Assembly (NCBI GenBank): GCA_029961045.1
Contig: JASBVN010000036.1
Coordinates: 6,079-70,078, forward strand
From: Alicyclobacillaceae bacterium
GTDB lineage: Bacteria > Bacillota > Bacilli > Kyrpidiales > Kyrpidiaceae
Reading direction: 5' to 3'
Length of the DNA stretch: 64,000 nucleotides
The translations under genes were made by a program, and so were the position numbers. The notes beneath the pieces are model-generated. The model saw nothing but the letters and a program-made list of their open reading frames with translations, made no database searches and was not told where the DNA came from. How positions within the stretch are numbered: the stretch's first letter is position 1; each line of letters opens with the position of its first letter. Of this stretch, positions 10,235 through 18,639 are shown piece by piece.

Positions 10235-11605
10235 TCACGAAAGAACCAGCACTTTTCCGGGGTTCAAGACGCCGTTGGGATCCAACGTCCGCTTGATCGC
10301 CCGCATCAGGGAAACCGACCGGCCGTGTTCTTCTTCCAGAAATTTAATTTTCCCTAAGCCGACGCCGTGTTCCCCCGTACAGGTCCCCCCTCTCTGCAGG
10401 GCATAACGAACAATCTCTGCATTGACTTTTTCCGCCCGCTCGATGTCCCGAGGATCGTCCGGATCGAGGGCAAATCCGGCGTGGTAGTTGCCGTCCCCCA
10501 CATGTCCCAAAATGAACCCGTCCAATCCGTGCGCCTCGATGATCTGTCGCGCGGCCCGCAGGGCTTCCGGTAACTCGGAAATCGGCACGCACACGTCGGT
10601 GGTCATGAGTTTCTTGCCGGGGGCCATGGCCATCAGGGCCAGCGCAGCATGATGCCGCGCTTCCCACAGCTTGGCCCTCGCCTCGGAGTCCCGTTCAAAC
10701 ACGAACGCCTCGCACCCCTCCGAGCGGACGATGTCGCCGGCCAATTCCACATCCTGCTCCACCGCCGTCCGGCTGCCGCTGAATTCCAGAAAAAGGGTCG
10801 GGCTCTCGGTGTAATCCGTCCCTTTAAAGCGGTTGACCGCCCGAATGGTGCCGCCGTCCACCAGTTCCACACGCCCGACGGTCATGCCCGAGCCGATCAG
10901 GGCCACTGCAGCCCGGCCCGCCGATTCGATGTCGGGAAAGACCGCCCGGGCGGCGACGGTGGATTCCGGAATACCGTACACCCGCACAATGATTTCGGTA
11001 AACACGCCCAGAGTTCCTTCCGAGCCGACAAAAAGGCCGGTGAGGTTGTAACCTGCGGAAGATTTCACGGACAAGCCGCCGGTGCGGAGGATCGTGCCGT
11101 CCGCCAGGACCACTTCGAGCCCGAGGACCTGATCCCTCATCGCCCCGTACCGCACCGCGTTGGTCCCGCTGGCGTTCGTAGCCGCCATCCCGCCGATGGT
11201 GGCGTCTGCTCCGGGATCGACGGGAAAAAACAGACCGTAGGAACTCAACGCCTGATTCAATTGATGCCGGGTCACCCCGGGCTGAACCCTCGCCACAAAA
11301 TCCTCGGGACGGATTTCCAGGATCCGGTTCATTCGGGTCAAATCCAAACTGATCCCGCCGCGGACGGGAATGACGTGCCCTTCCAAACTGCTGCCCGCCC
11401 CGAAGGGAACGACGGGAATGCGGTTGGAGTCGGCAAACCGCAAAACCCGGCTCACCTCTTCTTTGTCGAGAGGATACACCACGACATCCGGCGGGTGGGG
11501 CCGGTGGTACGTCAGGTCCCGACTGTGGTGCTCGATCACCGTTTCATTGGCGGTGACCCGCTCTTCGTCCGGAATCAGTTTGCGGAGCTCTTTCAACAGG
11601 CTCAT
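10235..11605 (-). CDS. FAD-linked oxidase (GlcD / D-lactate dehydrogenase family)
   Basis: PCMH-type FAD-binding N-terminal domain (VVPFGAGSSLEGH) and C-terminal GGTCTGEHGVGLGK. A GAAGGAGG RBS is present. Confidence 0.85.
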   Translation of the reverse strand: MSLLKELRKLIPDEERVTANETVIEHHSRDLTYHRPHPPDVVVYPLDKEEVSRVLRFADSNRIPVVPFGAGSSLEGHVIPVRGGISLDLTRMNRILEIRPEDFVARVQPGVTRHQLNQALSSYGLFFPVDPGADATIGGMAATNASGTNAVRYGAMRDQVLGLEVVLADGTILRTGGLSVKSSAGYNLTGLFVGSEGTLGVFTEIIVRVYGIPESTVAARAVFPDIESAGRAAVALIGSGMTVGRVELVDGGTIRAVNRFKGTDYTESPTLFLEFSGSRTAVEQDVELAGDIVRSEGCEAFVFERDSEARAKLWEARHHAALALMAMAPGKKLMTTDVCVPISELPEALRAARQIIEAHGLDGFILGHVGDGNYHAGFALDPDDPRDIERAEKVNAEIVRYALQRGGTCTGEHGVGLGKIKFLEEEHGRSVSLMRAIKRTLDPNGVLNPGKVLVLS

Positions 11606-11799
11606 CGGGAAGCGCCTCCTTCAAAGAGCCGAAATCGAACGATCGTTTGGATTTGCTATTTGAGTATATTTGATACAAAAAATTACGTCAAGAACGGCGA
11701 CCCTTGCTTTCCGGACGGCCCAGCCCCTATGATGAAGTGGAAAAACGGTGCGGTCGTTCGCAGACGCCGCAGGATGTCACGGGGAAGGAGTTCGAAATC

Positions 11800-13314
11800 A
11801 TGGATCAGACACCGGTGCGAGTCCGGTTCGCTCCCAGCCCGACCGGAGCGCTTCACATCGGCGGGGTTCGCACCGCCCTTTTGAACTGGTTGTTCGCCCG
11901 GCACTGCGGAGGCCGGATCGTATTGCGCATCGACGACACCGACTGGACCCGCTCGAACGAAATTTATTTGCGGAAAATCCTGGACGGCTTTCGGTGGCTC
12001 GGCATCACCTTCGACGAGGGAGTCGAGGAAGGGGGCGCTTACGGACCGTATCGCCAATCGGAACGGCTGCCGATCTACCGGCGCCACCTGGAGGCCCTGG
12101 TGCGGCGGGGCATGGCCTACCCTTGTTATTGTTCTCCGGAAGAACTGCAAGCCGTTCGGGAGAAGGCCCAAAGGGAAGGGCGAACTCCGCGCTATCCGAG
12201 GACCTGTTTGCACTTGTCGCCGGAGGAGCGGGCCAAGCGGGAAGCCGAGGGCCTCCGTCCGGTATACCGGCTCAAGGTCGATCTCGCCGAGCCGGTGGTG
12301 GTGGACGACCTGATCCGCGGCCCGGTGTCGTTTCCGCCGGACCAGGTCGACGACTTCGTGATCTTCAAAGGCGACGGCTGGCCCACCTACCATTTCGCCA
12401 CCGTGGTGGACGACCTGGAGATGAAAATCACCCACGTCATCCGGGCGGAGGAACATCTCTCCAATACTCCCCGCCACGTATTGTTGTTTCGGGCTCTCGG
12501 CGGACCGGTCCCCCGGTTCGCCCACGTGCCGATGATCCTGGCTCCCGACCGCTCCAAACTGAGCAAACGGCACGGAGCCACTTCGGTGGACGAATTTCGC
12601 CAGCTGGGATTTCTGCCCGAGGCGCTCGTAAACTATTGTTTGCTGCTCGGATGGTCTCCCGGCGACGGCGAAGAAATCCTATCCCTCGAAGAGGCCGTTG
12701 CACGATTTTCCATCGACAGGATCGTCAAGCACGCCGCGGTATACGATATGCAAAAATTGCGGTGGATCAACGGACACTATCTCCGTTCCCTACCCTTAGA
12801 ACGAATTTGGCAGGAAGCGCGACCTTTTCTCGTAGAGGCGGGGTACCTGCCCGAACGGCCGTCGGAAGCGGAGCAAACGCTGGCCCTCCGCCGGATTGCA
12901 GCGGTGCGGGAGCGGGTGCATACCCTGGAGGAATTGGTCGACGCCCTCTCCTACTTTTATCGCCCGGTGGAAACTTACGACGACAAAGGGGTCCGTAAGC
13001 ATTTCACCCGCCCGGGTACGGCGGAACTTCTCGAAGAGGCCGGCACCCGACTGGAGGCGGTGGAACCGTGGGATTTAGAGTCCACCGAAGGGGCCTGCCG
13101 GCAATTGATCGCCGAGAAGGGAATCAAAGGAGGAGATTTGATCCACCCCGTTCGACTGGCTCTGACCGGTCGCACGGTGGGGCCGGGGTTGTTCGACGTG
13201 ATGGTCCTGTTGGGCAAGGAGGAGACCTTGAATCGACTCCGGCGGGCAGCCGAATGGATTCGCACTCGCCCCTTCGCCGCGCCCGAATCGCCGGACGCCG
13301 ACCCCGTCCGGTGA
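11800..13314 (+). CDS. gltX: glutamate--tRNA ligase
   Basis: HIGH motif (PSPTGALHIGGVRTAL) and KMSKS motif (KLSKRHG). The ATG at 11800 follows GGGGAAGGAG. Confidence 0.93.
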   Translation: MDQTPVRVRFAPSPTGALHIGGVRTALLNWLFARHCGGRIVLRIDDTDWTRSNEIYLRKILDGFRWLGITFDEGVEEGGAYGPYRQSERLPIYRRHLEALVRRGMAYPCYCSPEELQAVREKAQREGRTPRYPRTCLHLSPEERAKREAEGLRPVYRLKVDLAEPVVVDDLIRGPVSFPPDQVDDFVIFKGDGWPTYHFATVVDDLEMKITHVIRAEEHLSNTPRHVLLFRALGGPVPRFAHVPMILAPDRSKLSKRHGATSVDEFRQLGFLPEALVNYCLLLGWSPGDGEEILSLEEAVARFSIDRIVKHAAVYDMQKLRWINGHYLRSLPLERIWQEARPFLVEAGYLPERPSEAEQTLALRRIAAVRERVHTLEELVDALSYFYRPVETYDDKGVRKHFTRPGTAELLEEAGTRLEAVEPWDLESTEGACRQLIAEKGIKGGDLIHPVRLALTGRTVGPGLFDVMVLLGKEETLNRLRRAAEWIRTRPFAAPESPDADPVR

Positions 13315-13369
13315 GCGGGCCGGCGTCCGACCTTTCAAGGGAGACGCTCGATTTCGCGAAAGACCGTGG

Positions 13370-13660
13370 CAGGAGATGACCGGTAGCCCGATGTGATGGA
13401 TGTGAGGAGTGGACCCCGGCGACGAGAAATTCAACAGGAGGCCCCGGCGGGTACGGAAACGCTCGCGGGCAGGACTGACGCTGGCGGTGTGTTTGGGGGC
13501 CTGGCGATCATTTGGATTCCGGGAAACCTGTACTGGTTGGCTTTTGTGCCGGAAGTTTTGCCTTTGCCGGTTTGTTGTTCGGAGGCGTTGGTGTTGGCAT
13601 TTGCGGCATACTGGGGTGGTTGATGCCTCGATATGTCGAACTTCTCGGCGCTTTGCCATG
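13370..13660 (+). pseudogene. degenerate inverted copy of the RBS and first ~90 codons of the 4-TM gene at 15402-15893
   Basis: Hand alignment to the reverse complement of 15618-15906 shows a 54-nt perfect block. The start codon is GTG->GTA. Two G-runs are shortened and there are other indels, so the copy is frameshifted. Confidence 0.8.
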
Positions 13661-13716
13661 GAATCACCCGACTCTTAATCGGATGGTTGGGGGTTCGATT
13701 CCCTCACGGCCCACCA
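13661..13716 (+). pseudogene. tRNA-Lys(CUU) 3' fragment (anticodon arm to CCA only), att-like scar
   Basis: Anticodon loop CTCTTAA, T arm GGGGG-TTCGATT-CCCTC, 3' acceptor strand ACGGCCC, discriminator A and CCA. There is no D arm and no complementary 5' acceptor strand upstream. Confidence 0.7.
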
Positions 13717-13890
13717 CGCATCACGGTGCCGTTCCCTTCGCTTACAAAACTTAGTCGTGTGGCCTTAACTCAATCCCTTTGCTGTTGGCTTCCGAAAACC
13801 GACGGCGAGGATTTTTTTGTGCTTTGTGGAGATCGGGCGGGTTCGCAGCCGGACCGACATTAGACACCCGCCCATCCGGCCCTAACCTCA

Positions 13891-13936
13891 GAAAAAAGAA
13901 AGGGGGCATCCTTCGTGCCTCCGTTTTCGCCCCCTT
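13891..13936 (-). terminator. rho-independent terminator of the islet operon
   Basis: The minus strand reads AAGGGGGC-(21-nt loop)-GCCCCCTT followed by TCTTTTTTC. Confidence 0.65.
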
Positions 13937-13974
13937 CCCAAATGGACCACCCGATTGGATCGCCCCCGGTCCGA

Positions 13975-14331
13975 TCAGATCCGGACGCGTTCGATCAGTT
14001 GTTCGACGGACGACCGGAGTTCCCGGATTTCCGCCTCGAGACGTTGCAATCGTTCCTCCAATTGACGGACATCGTTCCGGACGTCGGAAGAGACCCCCTT
14101 CCGGTTGGAGCGCCACCGCTGGAACCGCTCGAACAACAGCAACAGACTGGGATCATTGACCAGCACGTCAATGATCGCATCCTCGAAAGTTTCCTTGTAC
14201 CCGGGCATGCCGTGGTCTTTGCCGTACAACAAGTGTTTTTGCAACAGCTCCTGAATCCGGGGATTGTGTGGTCCGCCGCTCTGCCGGTAAAAGGCTTCAA
14301 TTCGTTCTTCCATCGTCATCTTTTCTGTCAT
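13975..14331 (-). CDS. hypothetical soluble protein with a C-terminal coiled coil
   Basis: 118 aa. The ATG at 14331 lies 6 nt after AAAGGTGGGG. The C-terminus DVRQLEERLQRLEAEIRELRSSVEQLIERV is heptad-like. I recognise no family. Confidence 0.6.
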   Translation of the reverse strand: MTEKMTMEERIEAFYRQSGGPHNPRIQELLQKHLLYGKDHGMPGYKETFEDAIIDVLVNDPSLLLLFERFQRWRSNRKGVSSDVRNDVRQLEERLQRLEAEIRELRSSVEQLIERVRI

Positions 14332-14379
14332 GAGACTCCCCACCTTTCTCCTCTCTCCTCCGTTTTGCTCGGCCGATGA

Positions 14380-15405
14380 TCAACGCCCGCCTCCCAAAAG
14401 AGGTTTAAGAAGATTGGCGAGATCCAAGGGCGGCGGTGCGGAATTTACCTTTGCCGAACGCTCCCTTTGGCCTTGGGTTGACCCGGTAGAGCCGGACCCG
14501 TACATTGTGCCGTACGAAGACCCCGATCCGGGGAAAAAGGGTATCATCAATTCTCTGGGCATCTCGTTGACGGGGAAAATTTGCATTCCCGACCGCTGTC
14601 CGGTCGAATCCCCCGAACCGCCGCCGGCCGGACCAGACCGGCTGGAGGATGCCGAACGTTGTTCGCGGTTTTCGCCATAACCGGACCTCGCCGCCGCACC
14701 ACCGGACGTCGCTTCCGCCGTTCCCGCCGCGGCGTTCCCCGGCGATTCCGCTTTTTTTCCACCGTCGCCTTGTGGTTCGGAACGGGCTTCCCCTTCCGTT
14801 TTTCCCGCTGCCTCCGATTGATTGCCGGACAACAGACCGTTGATCAAATCGGCCACTCCCTGGCCGTTGATGAGGGTCAGCGATCGCAAGTCGATGAGGG
14901 GCGCCGTCCCGGAATCTTCGATCCTTTTGTCTGTATGCAGGTTCATCGACGGCATCGACACATGGCCGGCCGCCAACCGGCTACAACGCAAGAATACGTC
15001 TTGGAGCGCCAGTTGGGGAATCGACACATCCAGCTTCAAGCCGAGTCCCCGGAGTCCCAGGGCTGTGACATCGGCCACCAAGTCGTCCAGGACCACCGGT
15101 CCGGGGCTGTCGATGCGCATCCCCCACGAAAAATCCGACTGTGTTTCCGACTGGTTGCGGATCAGGCGGAGGCCGTACGCGGTCGCCCGGCGAATTTGCA
15201 ACCGGATCACCAGGCCCCCATCGGAGCCGGTCGCCAAACTGGGCAACAACCCCTGCGCTTCAATCCGGTCTGCGCGCACGACAATCCCCGATGCCGGAGC
15301 GGATTCCTGCGCGGCCGCCGTACCCCTTTCCGGGACACCGGCCCCGAAGACCGCGACGAGGATCGCCGTGGTCCCGGTGATCCATCGCCTCATTCCCGCT
15401 TTCAT
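14380..15405 (-). CDS. hypothetical secreted protein with a Gly/Ser/Ala-rich C-terminal tail
   Basis: The start ATG overlaps the upstream TGA (ATGA). Signal-like N-terminus MKAGMRRWITGTTAILVAVFGAG. The last ~130 aa are low complexity. The tracked 506-aa ORF is an out-of-frame extension over the neighbouring gene. Confidence 0.65.
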   Translation of the reverse strand: MKAGMRRWITGTTAILVAVFGAGVPERGTAAAQESAPASGIVVRADRIEAQGLLPSLATGSDGGLVIRLQIRRATAYGLRLIRNQSETQSDFSWGMRIDSPGPVVLDDLVADVTALGLRGLGLKLDVSIPQLALQDVFLRCSRLAAGHVSMPSMNLHTDKRIEDSGTAPLIDLRSLTLINGQGVADLINGLLSGNQSEAAGKTEGEARSEPQGDGGKKAESPGNAAAGTAEATSGGAAARSGYGENREQRSASSSRSGPAGGGSGDSTGQRSGMQIFPVNEMPRELMIPFFPGSGSSYGTMYGSGSTGSTQGQRERSAKVNSAPPPLDLANLLKPLLGGGR

Positions 15406-15893
15406 CGATACCACCGGCTCCAAGCCCGGTCCTCCTTTGAAGGAAGGGTCCAGATCTCCCCTCCGCCGTCCCTCCCGGAAGCCGCTCCATCGGAAGCCAA
15501 TCGAGGAGCCCTTGTTTCGGGGCTCCACGCGATACACAGCGCTCCGCCGATCACGCTGAGGAGCGTGCCCACCACCATGCCGCCCAAGGCACCAATGATC
15601 GACACAATAGAGATAATCATGGCAAAAGCGCCGAGAAGTCTGACATATCGAGGCATCAACCACCCCAGTACGCCGCACGCCAACACCAACGCTCCGAACA
15701 ACAAACCGGCAAAGGCAAAACTTCCCGGCACAAAAGCCAACCAGTACAGGTTTCCCGGAATCCAAATGATCGCCAGGCCCCCCAAACACACCAGCGTCAG
15801 TCCCGCCCGCGGGCGGCTTCGCACCCGCCGGGGGGCCTCCTGTTGAATTTCCCCGTCGCCGGGGTCCACCTTCACATCCATCACATCGGCCAC
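15402..15893 (-). CDS. hypothetical 4-TM integral membrane protein
   Basis: GTG start 7 nt after GGAGGG. Four hydrophobic helices, for example LTLVCLGGLAIIWIPGNLYWL and LLGAFAMIISIVSIIGALGG. It may resemble DUF6114, from memory and unverified. Confidence 0.7.
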   Translation of the reverse strand: MADVMDVKVDPGDGEIQQEAPRRVRSRPRAGLTLVCLGGLAIIWIPGNLYWLAFVPGSFAFAGLLFGALVLACGVLGWLMPRYVRLLGAFAMIISIVSIIGALGGMVVGTLLSVIGGALCIAWSPETRAPRLASDGAASGRDGGGEIWTLPSKEDRAWSRWYR

Positions 15894-15906
15894 CGGTCAT
15901 CCCTCC
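15618..15906 (-). repeat. right arm of the ~290-bp inverted repeat (functional copy)
   Basis: Its reverse complement aligns with 13370-13660. Homology ends exactly where the left copy abuts the tRNA fragment. Confidence 0.8.
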
Positions 15907-15907
15907 G

Positions 15908-16456
15908 TCACTGTGTCGGATTCAACTGGAACTGCAACCCCATGCCCGGAAGCGAGATGCTGTTGGCAAACAGGTAATGCCCCTGAATCACGGGTTTTTT
16001 CAAAACGATATTGGCAGCCCCCAGGGAAAATTTCTGGGTCGGATCGCCGCTATTGTGCTCGGCGACCTCCAGTTTCGCAAAATCCCCGTCGGAATTCAGC
16101 CGGCTCAGGTCGAGGACCAACCCCGACGCCTTGACGTCCTGGGCCGCGGTGATCATCACCCGCACCTTCCCCTGACCGGCAAAGTCCACATCCTTGTAGA
16201 GCTTCAAGCCCTTGATGACCGCTTCGAGGTTCGCGGCCCCCTGAGGAAATCCATCGGTCTCACTGGTAGGCCCTATCTTGGGAAGCAGCTTGAAATTTTG
16301 AATATTAATCTCATCGGCCTCAATATAAAATCCCCCAATCCCCGCAATGGGGACCGCCAGGGCCACTCCGCCCTTCCAGATGCCCAACACCAACGCGAAC
16401 AACATGGCGAGGGCTCCCGTCATGCTCAACCAGAACCATTTCCACCGATATCGCAT
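15908..16456 (-). CDS. hypothetical N-terminally membrane-anchored protein
   Basis: 182 aa. The ATG follows GAGGGGGAGAG. One N-terminal TM helix (WFWLSMTGALAMLFALVLGIW) precedes a beta-rich-looking domain. It may resemble DUF6230, from memory and unverified. Confidence 0.7.
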   Translation of the reverse strand: MRYRWKWFWLSMTGALAMLFALVLGIWKGGVALAVPIAGIGGFYIEADEINIQNFKLLPKIGPTSETDGFPQGAANLEAVIKGLKLYKDVDFAGQGKVRVMITAAQDVKASGLVLDLSRLNSDGDFAKLEVAEHNSGDPTQKFSLGAANIVLKKPVIQGHYLFANSISLPGMGLQFQLNPTQ

Positions 16457-16566
16457 GCTTCTCTCCCCCTCTGACCCACAAGATCATCACGCCGGAACGA
16501 TCGCCGATCCGTCCCGGGCCGCTGCGCGGCCGGGCCAACCCGACCGACATTTGGTTACCCGGATCG

Positions 16567-18318
16567 CTACGCCCGCCGCGACCGGAGGACGCGCCACAGG
16601 ACGTAACAGCCCAGGATCGTGGAACCCCACAGCACTCCGGTAGTCAGTCCGCGCAACCCCGGGACCGTCTGGACCGCCGGCGACCCGAACGAGATCAAGA
16701 TCGTCCCTCCGGCGAAAAACCCGGCCGACAAGATCCCCAGGGTAAACCGGTTGACGATTTTATTGATCAACACCGAGGTATCCGGCGCCATCCGGGTCTC
16801 CACAATGAATTTCAAATCGTTCCAGGCCAGCTTCTCGAGTATTTTGTTGATTCTTCTAGGAAATGTTCCGATAAGTTTGGCTGTTTCCGTCAAAAAACTC
16901 GCATTGGCGCGGTAGTTGAATCGCCGCCCTAGCCACCGGCGTAAAATTTGGACATCGGCGCTCTCCACCACCGTGTGGTAGGTGATTTCCGGACACAGCC
17001 AGCGGGCCGTCCCCTCGGCCGCCGAAAATCCCTTGGCCCAAAGCGCCAACCCGTTTGGGATCCGGCAGTAGTTTTTCATGCCGATTGTAATAATCTGGAT
17101 GACAAGGTTTCCCCAGTTGTACCGGCTGGCCTGTTCGCTGTTGACGTAATGAATGAGCATCGACCGGAGCTGGTCTTTCAACTCGACCGGATCGGTATAG
17201 GGAGTCGGTTGAATGATATCCAGCGCCGCCTCCGCCGCATCTTCCGCCTGGTTCAACCGGCAGTGCAGGAGCAGACGGAAAATCGCCTCCGTGTGGATGG
17301 AATCCATCCGACCGACCATGCCCCAGTCGATCAACACCGCCTTTTTGGTGTTCCGGTCGATCATGATGTTGGAGCCGTGGGGGTCGGCATGGTAAAAACC
17401 TTCGAGAAACGTCTTGATATAATAATGCGCCAAGTCGGTCATTCGTTCGAATCGCTCTTCAAAGGTTAAGAAATCAACTGGAAATTCTTTTAAATTCCAA
17501 CCGTCGATATATTCCATGACGAGCACGCGCGGGGTCACATGGTACACCCGGGGAATGTGCATGGTGGCAAACTCCGCGGCAATCCGCCGGTGCTCGTCCA
17601 TGTTCTTCGCTTCTGTTCGCAGATCCAGTTCGTCCACCGAACTGCTGTAATAATCTTCAATCAACCCGGGCAGATCGACGGCCGCCGCCAGATTGGCCGG
17701 CAGTAGGCGCTGAACCCGCCGGACCAACCTCTTGATGATCTGGATATCCGTCTGAAACAGCTTATCTACCACGGGCCGGACCACTTTGACGGCACACATC
17801 CGCCCATCCCGAAGTTGCGCCTGATACACTTGGGCCAGCGAGGCCGAGCCCAACGGTTCGACTCGGATCCATTCGAAGGTATCCAGCCCTTCCTCCAGCT
17901 CGTCGTCGAGGATCGTGGCGATATACGGAAATGGCATCGGTGGAACCTGATCCAGCAACTCGGCCAGCTCCGTGGTGATCGGCTCCGGAATCAGCTCCTG
18001 GCGAGTGACCAACACCTGTCCCAACTTAATGAAGGTCGGCCCCAATTCTTCAAACACCAGTCGCAGCCGGCGACCAATTTGACGAAGTTGTTCATCTTCT
18101 TCCTGGGAGCGCCGGCGCCCGAATAGTTTCCACCACCTGCGATCCTGTAGCAGATGCAGCAGGCCGTGTTTCGAGAGCGTTCGGACGATGGCCCGATATC
18201 GCCTTCCCTTGGTGATCCTGCTGCGCATCTCCTCGATTTCCCGCCGAAAACGTTCCTTTTCATGGGGCAACAACCGAGTTCTCGACACTTGAATCCTCTC
18301 TGCCGAAGTCGCGCGCAC
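16567..18318 (-). CDS. ABC1/UbiB atypical kinase family protein
   Basis: FEELGPTFIKLGQVLVTRQELIPEPITTELAELLDQVPP and the HADPHGSNIMI kinase-like motif, with two C-terminal TM helices. Confidence 0.85.
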   Translation of the reverse strand: MRATSAERIQVSRTRLLPHEKERFRREIEEMRSRITKGRRYRAIVRTLSKHGLLHLLQDRRWWKLFGRRRSQEEDEQLRQIGRRLRLVFEELGPTFIKLGQVLVTRQELIPEPITTELAELLDQVPPMPFPYIATILDDELEEGLDTFEWIRVEPLGSASLAQVYQAQLRDGRMCAVKVVRPVVDKLFQTDIQIIKRLVRRVQRLLPANLAAAVDLPGLIEDYYSSSVDELDLRTEAKNMDEHRRIAAEFATMHIPRVYHVTPRVLVMEYIDGWNLKEFPVDFLTFEERFERMTDLAHYYIKTFLEGFYHADPHGSNIMIDRNTKKAVLIDWGMVGRMDSIHTEAIFRLLLHCRLNQAEDAAEAALDIIQPTPYTDPVELKDQLRSMLIHYVNSEQASRYNWGNLVIQIITIGMKNYCRIPNGLALWAKGFSAAEGTARWLCPEITYHTVVESADVQILRRWLGRRFNYRANASFLTETAKLIGTFPRRINKILEKLAWNDLKFIVETRMAPDTSVLINKIVNRFTLGILSAGFFAGGTILISFGSPAVQTVPGLRGLTTGVLWGSTILGCYVLWRVLRSRRA

Positions 18319-18386
18319 CTGATACAGCCTCCCATTTTCTGTATCCTAACCTACCCTCGGATTGCCGGAAAACCGGGCTACAAAGC

Positions 18387-18412
18387 GGAGCCTACCGCCG
18401 GCGATAGGCTCC
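18387..18412 (-). terminator. terminator-like hairpin between the ALDH operon and the kinase gene
   Basis: GGAGCCTA-(10 nt)-TAGGCTCC followed on the minus strand by GCTTTGT. The U-tract is weak. Confidence 0.35.
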
Positions 18413-18639
18413 GTTCGCAGCGCCATCCCAGCCGGCCTTAAGACACAAGCCCGTCCCGGACCTACTCTTTCAAAGACCCGGCACCCCTCCGCGTTTGAAG
18501 CCCTTTAGCCGGGTCCTGAATCGCCTCCGGAACAGACCGGGTCTTGCGGCGCGGCTGGCTCTATGTTAGAGAATTCGGAGAGAGGGTTTATTTTTTAAGG
18601 GGACAGGTCCTGCCATCGCGTCGTCGCATGGATTGCCTC

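Noticed and set aside
13641-13716. A complete tRNA-Lys gene.
   Set aside because: No D arm is present, and nothing upstream complements the ACGGCCC acceptor strand. The 5' side is instead the end of the duplicated membrane-gene fragment.
13393-13754. Small ORFs at 13393-13623, 13409-13678 and 13512-13754 as real proteins.
   Set aside because: They are the three frames of the frameshifted duplicate of the 4-TM gene 5' end. The start codon is mutated (GTA) and each frame holds only part of the parental sequence.
14380-15900. The tracked 506-aa ORF taken as a single protein.
   Set aside because: Its first 165 codons are an alternative frame running across the 4-TM gene (15402-15893). That gene has proper TM helices and an RBS. 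The credible product starts at the ATG at 15405 with a signal-like N-terminus.
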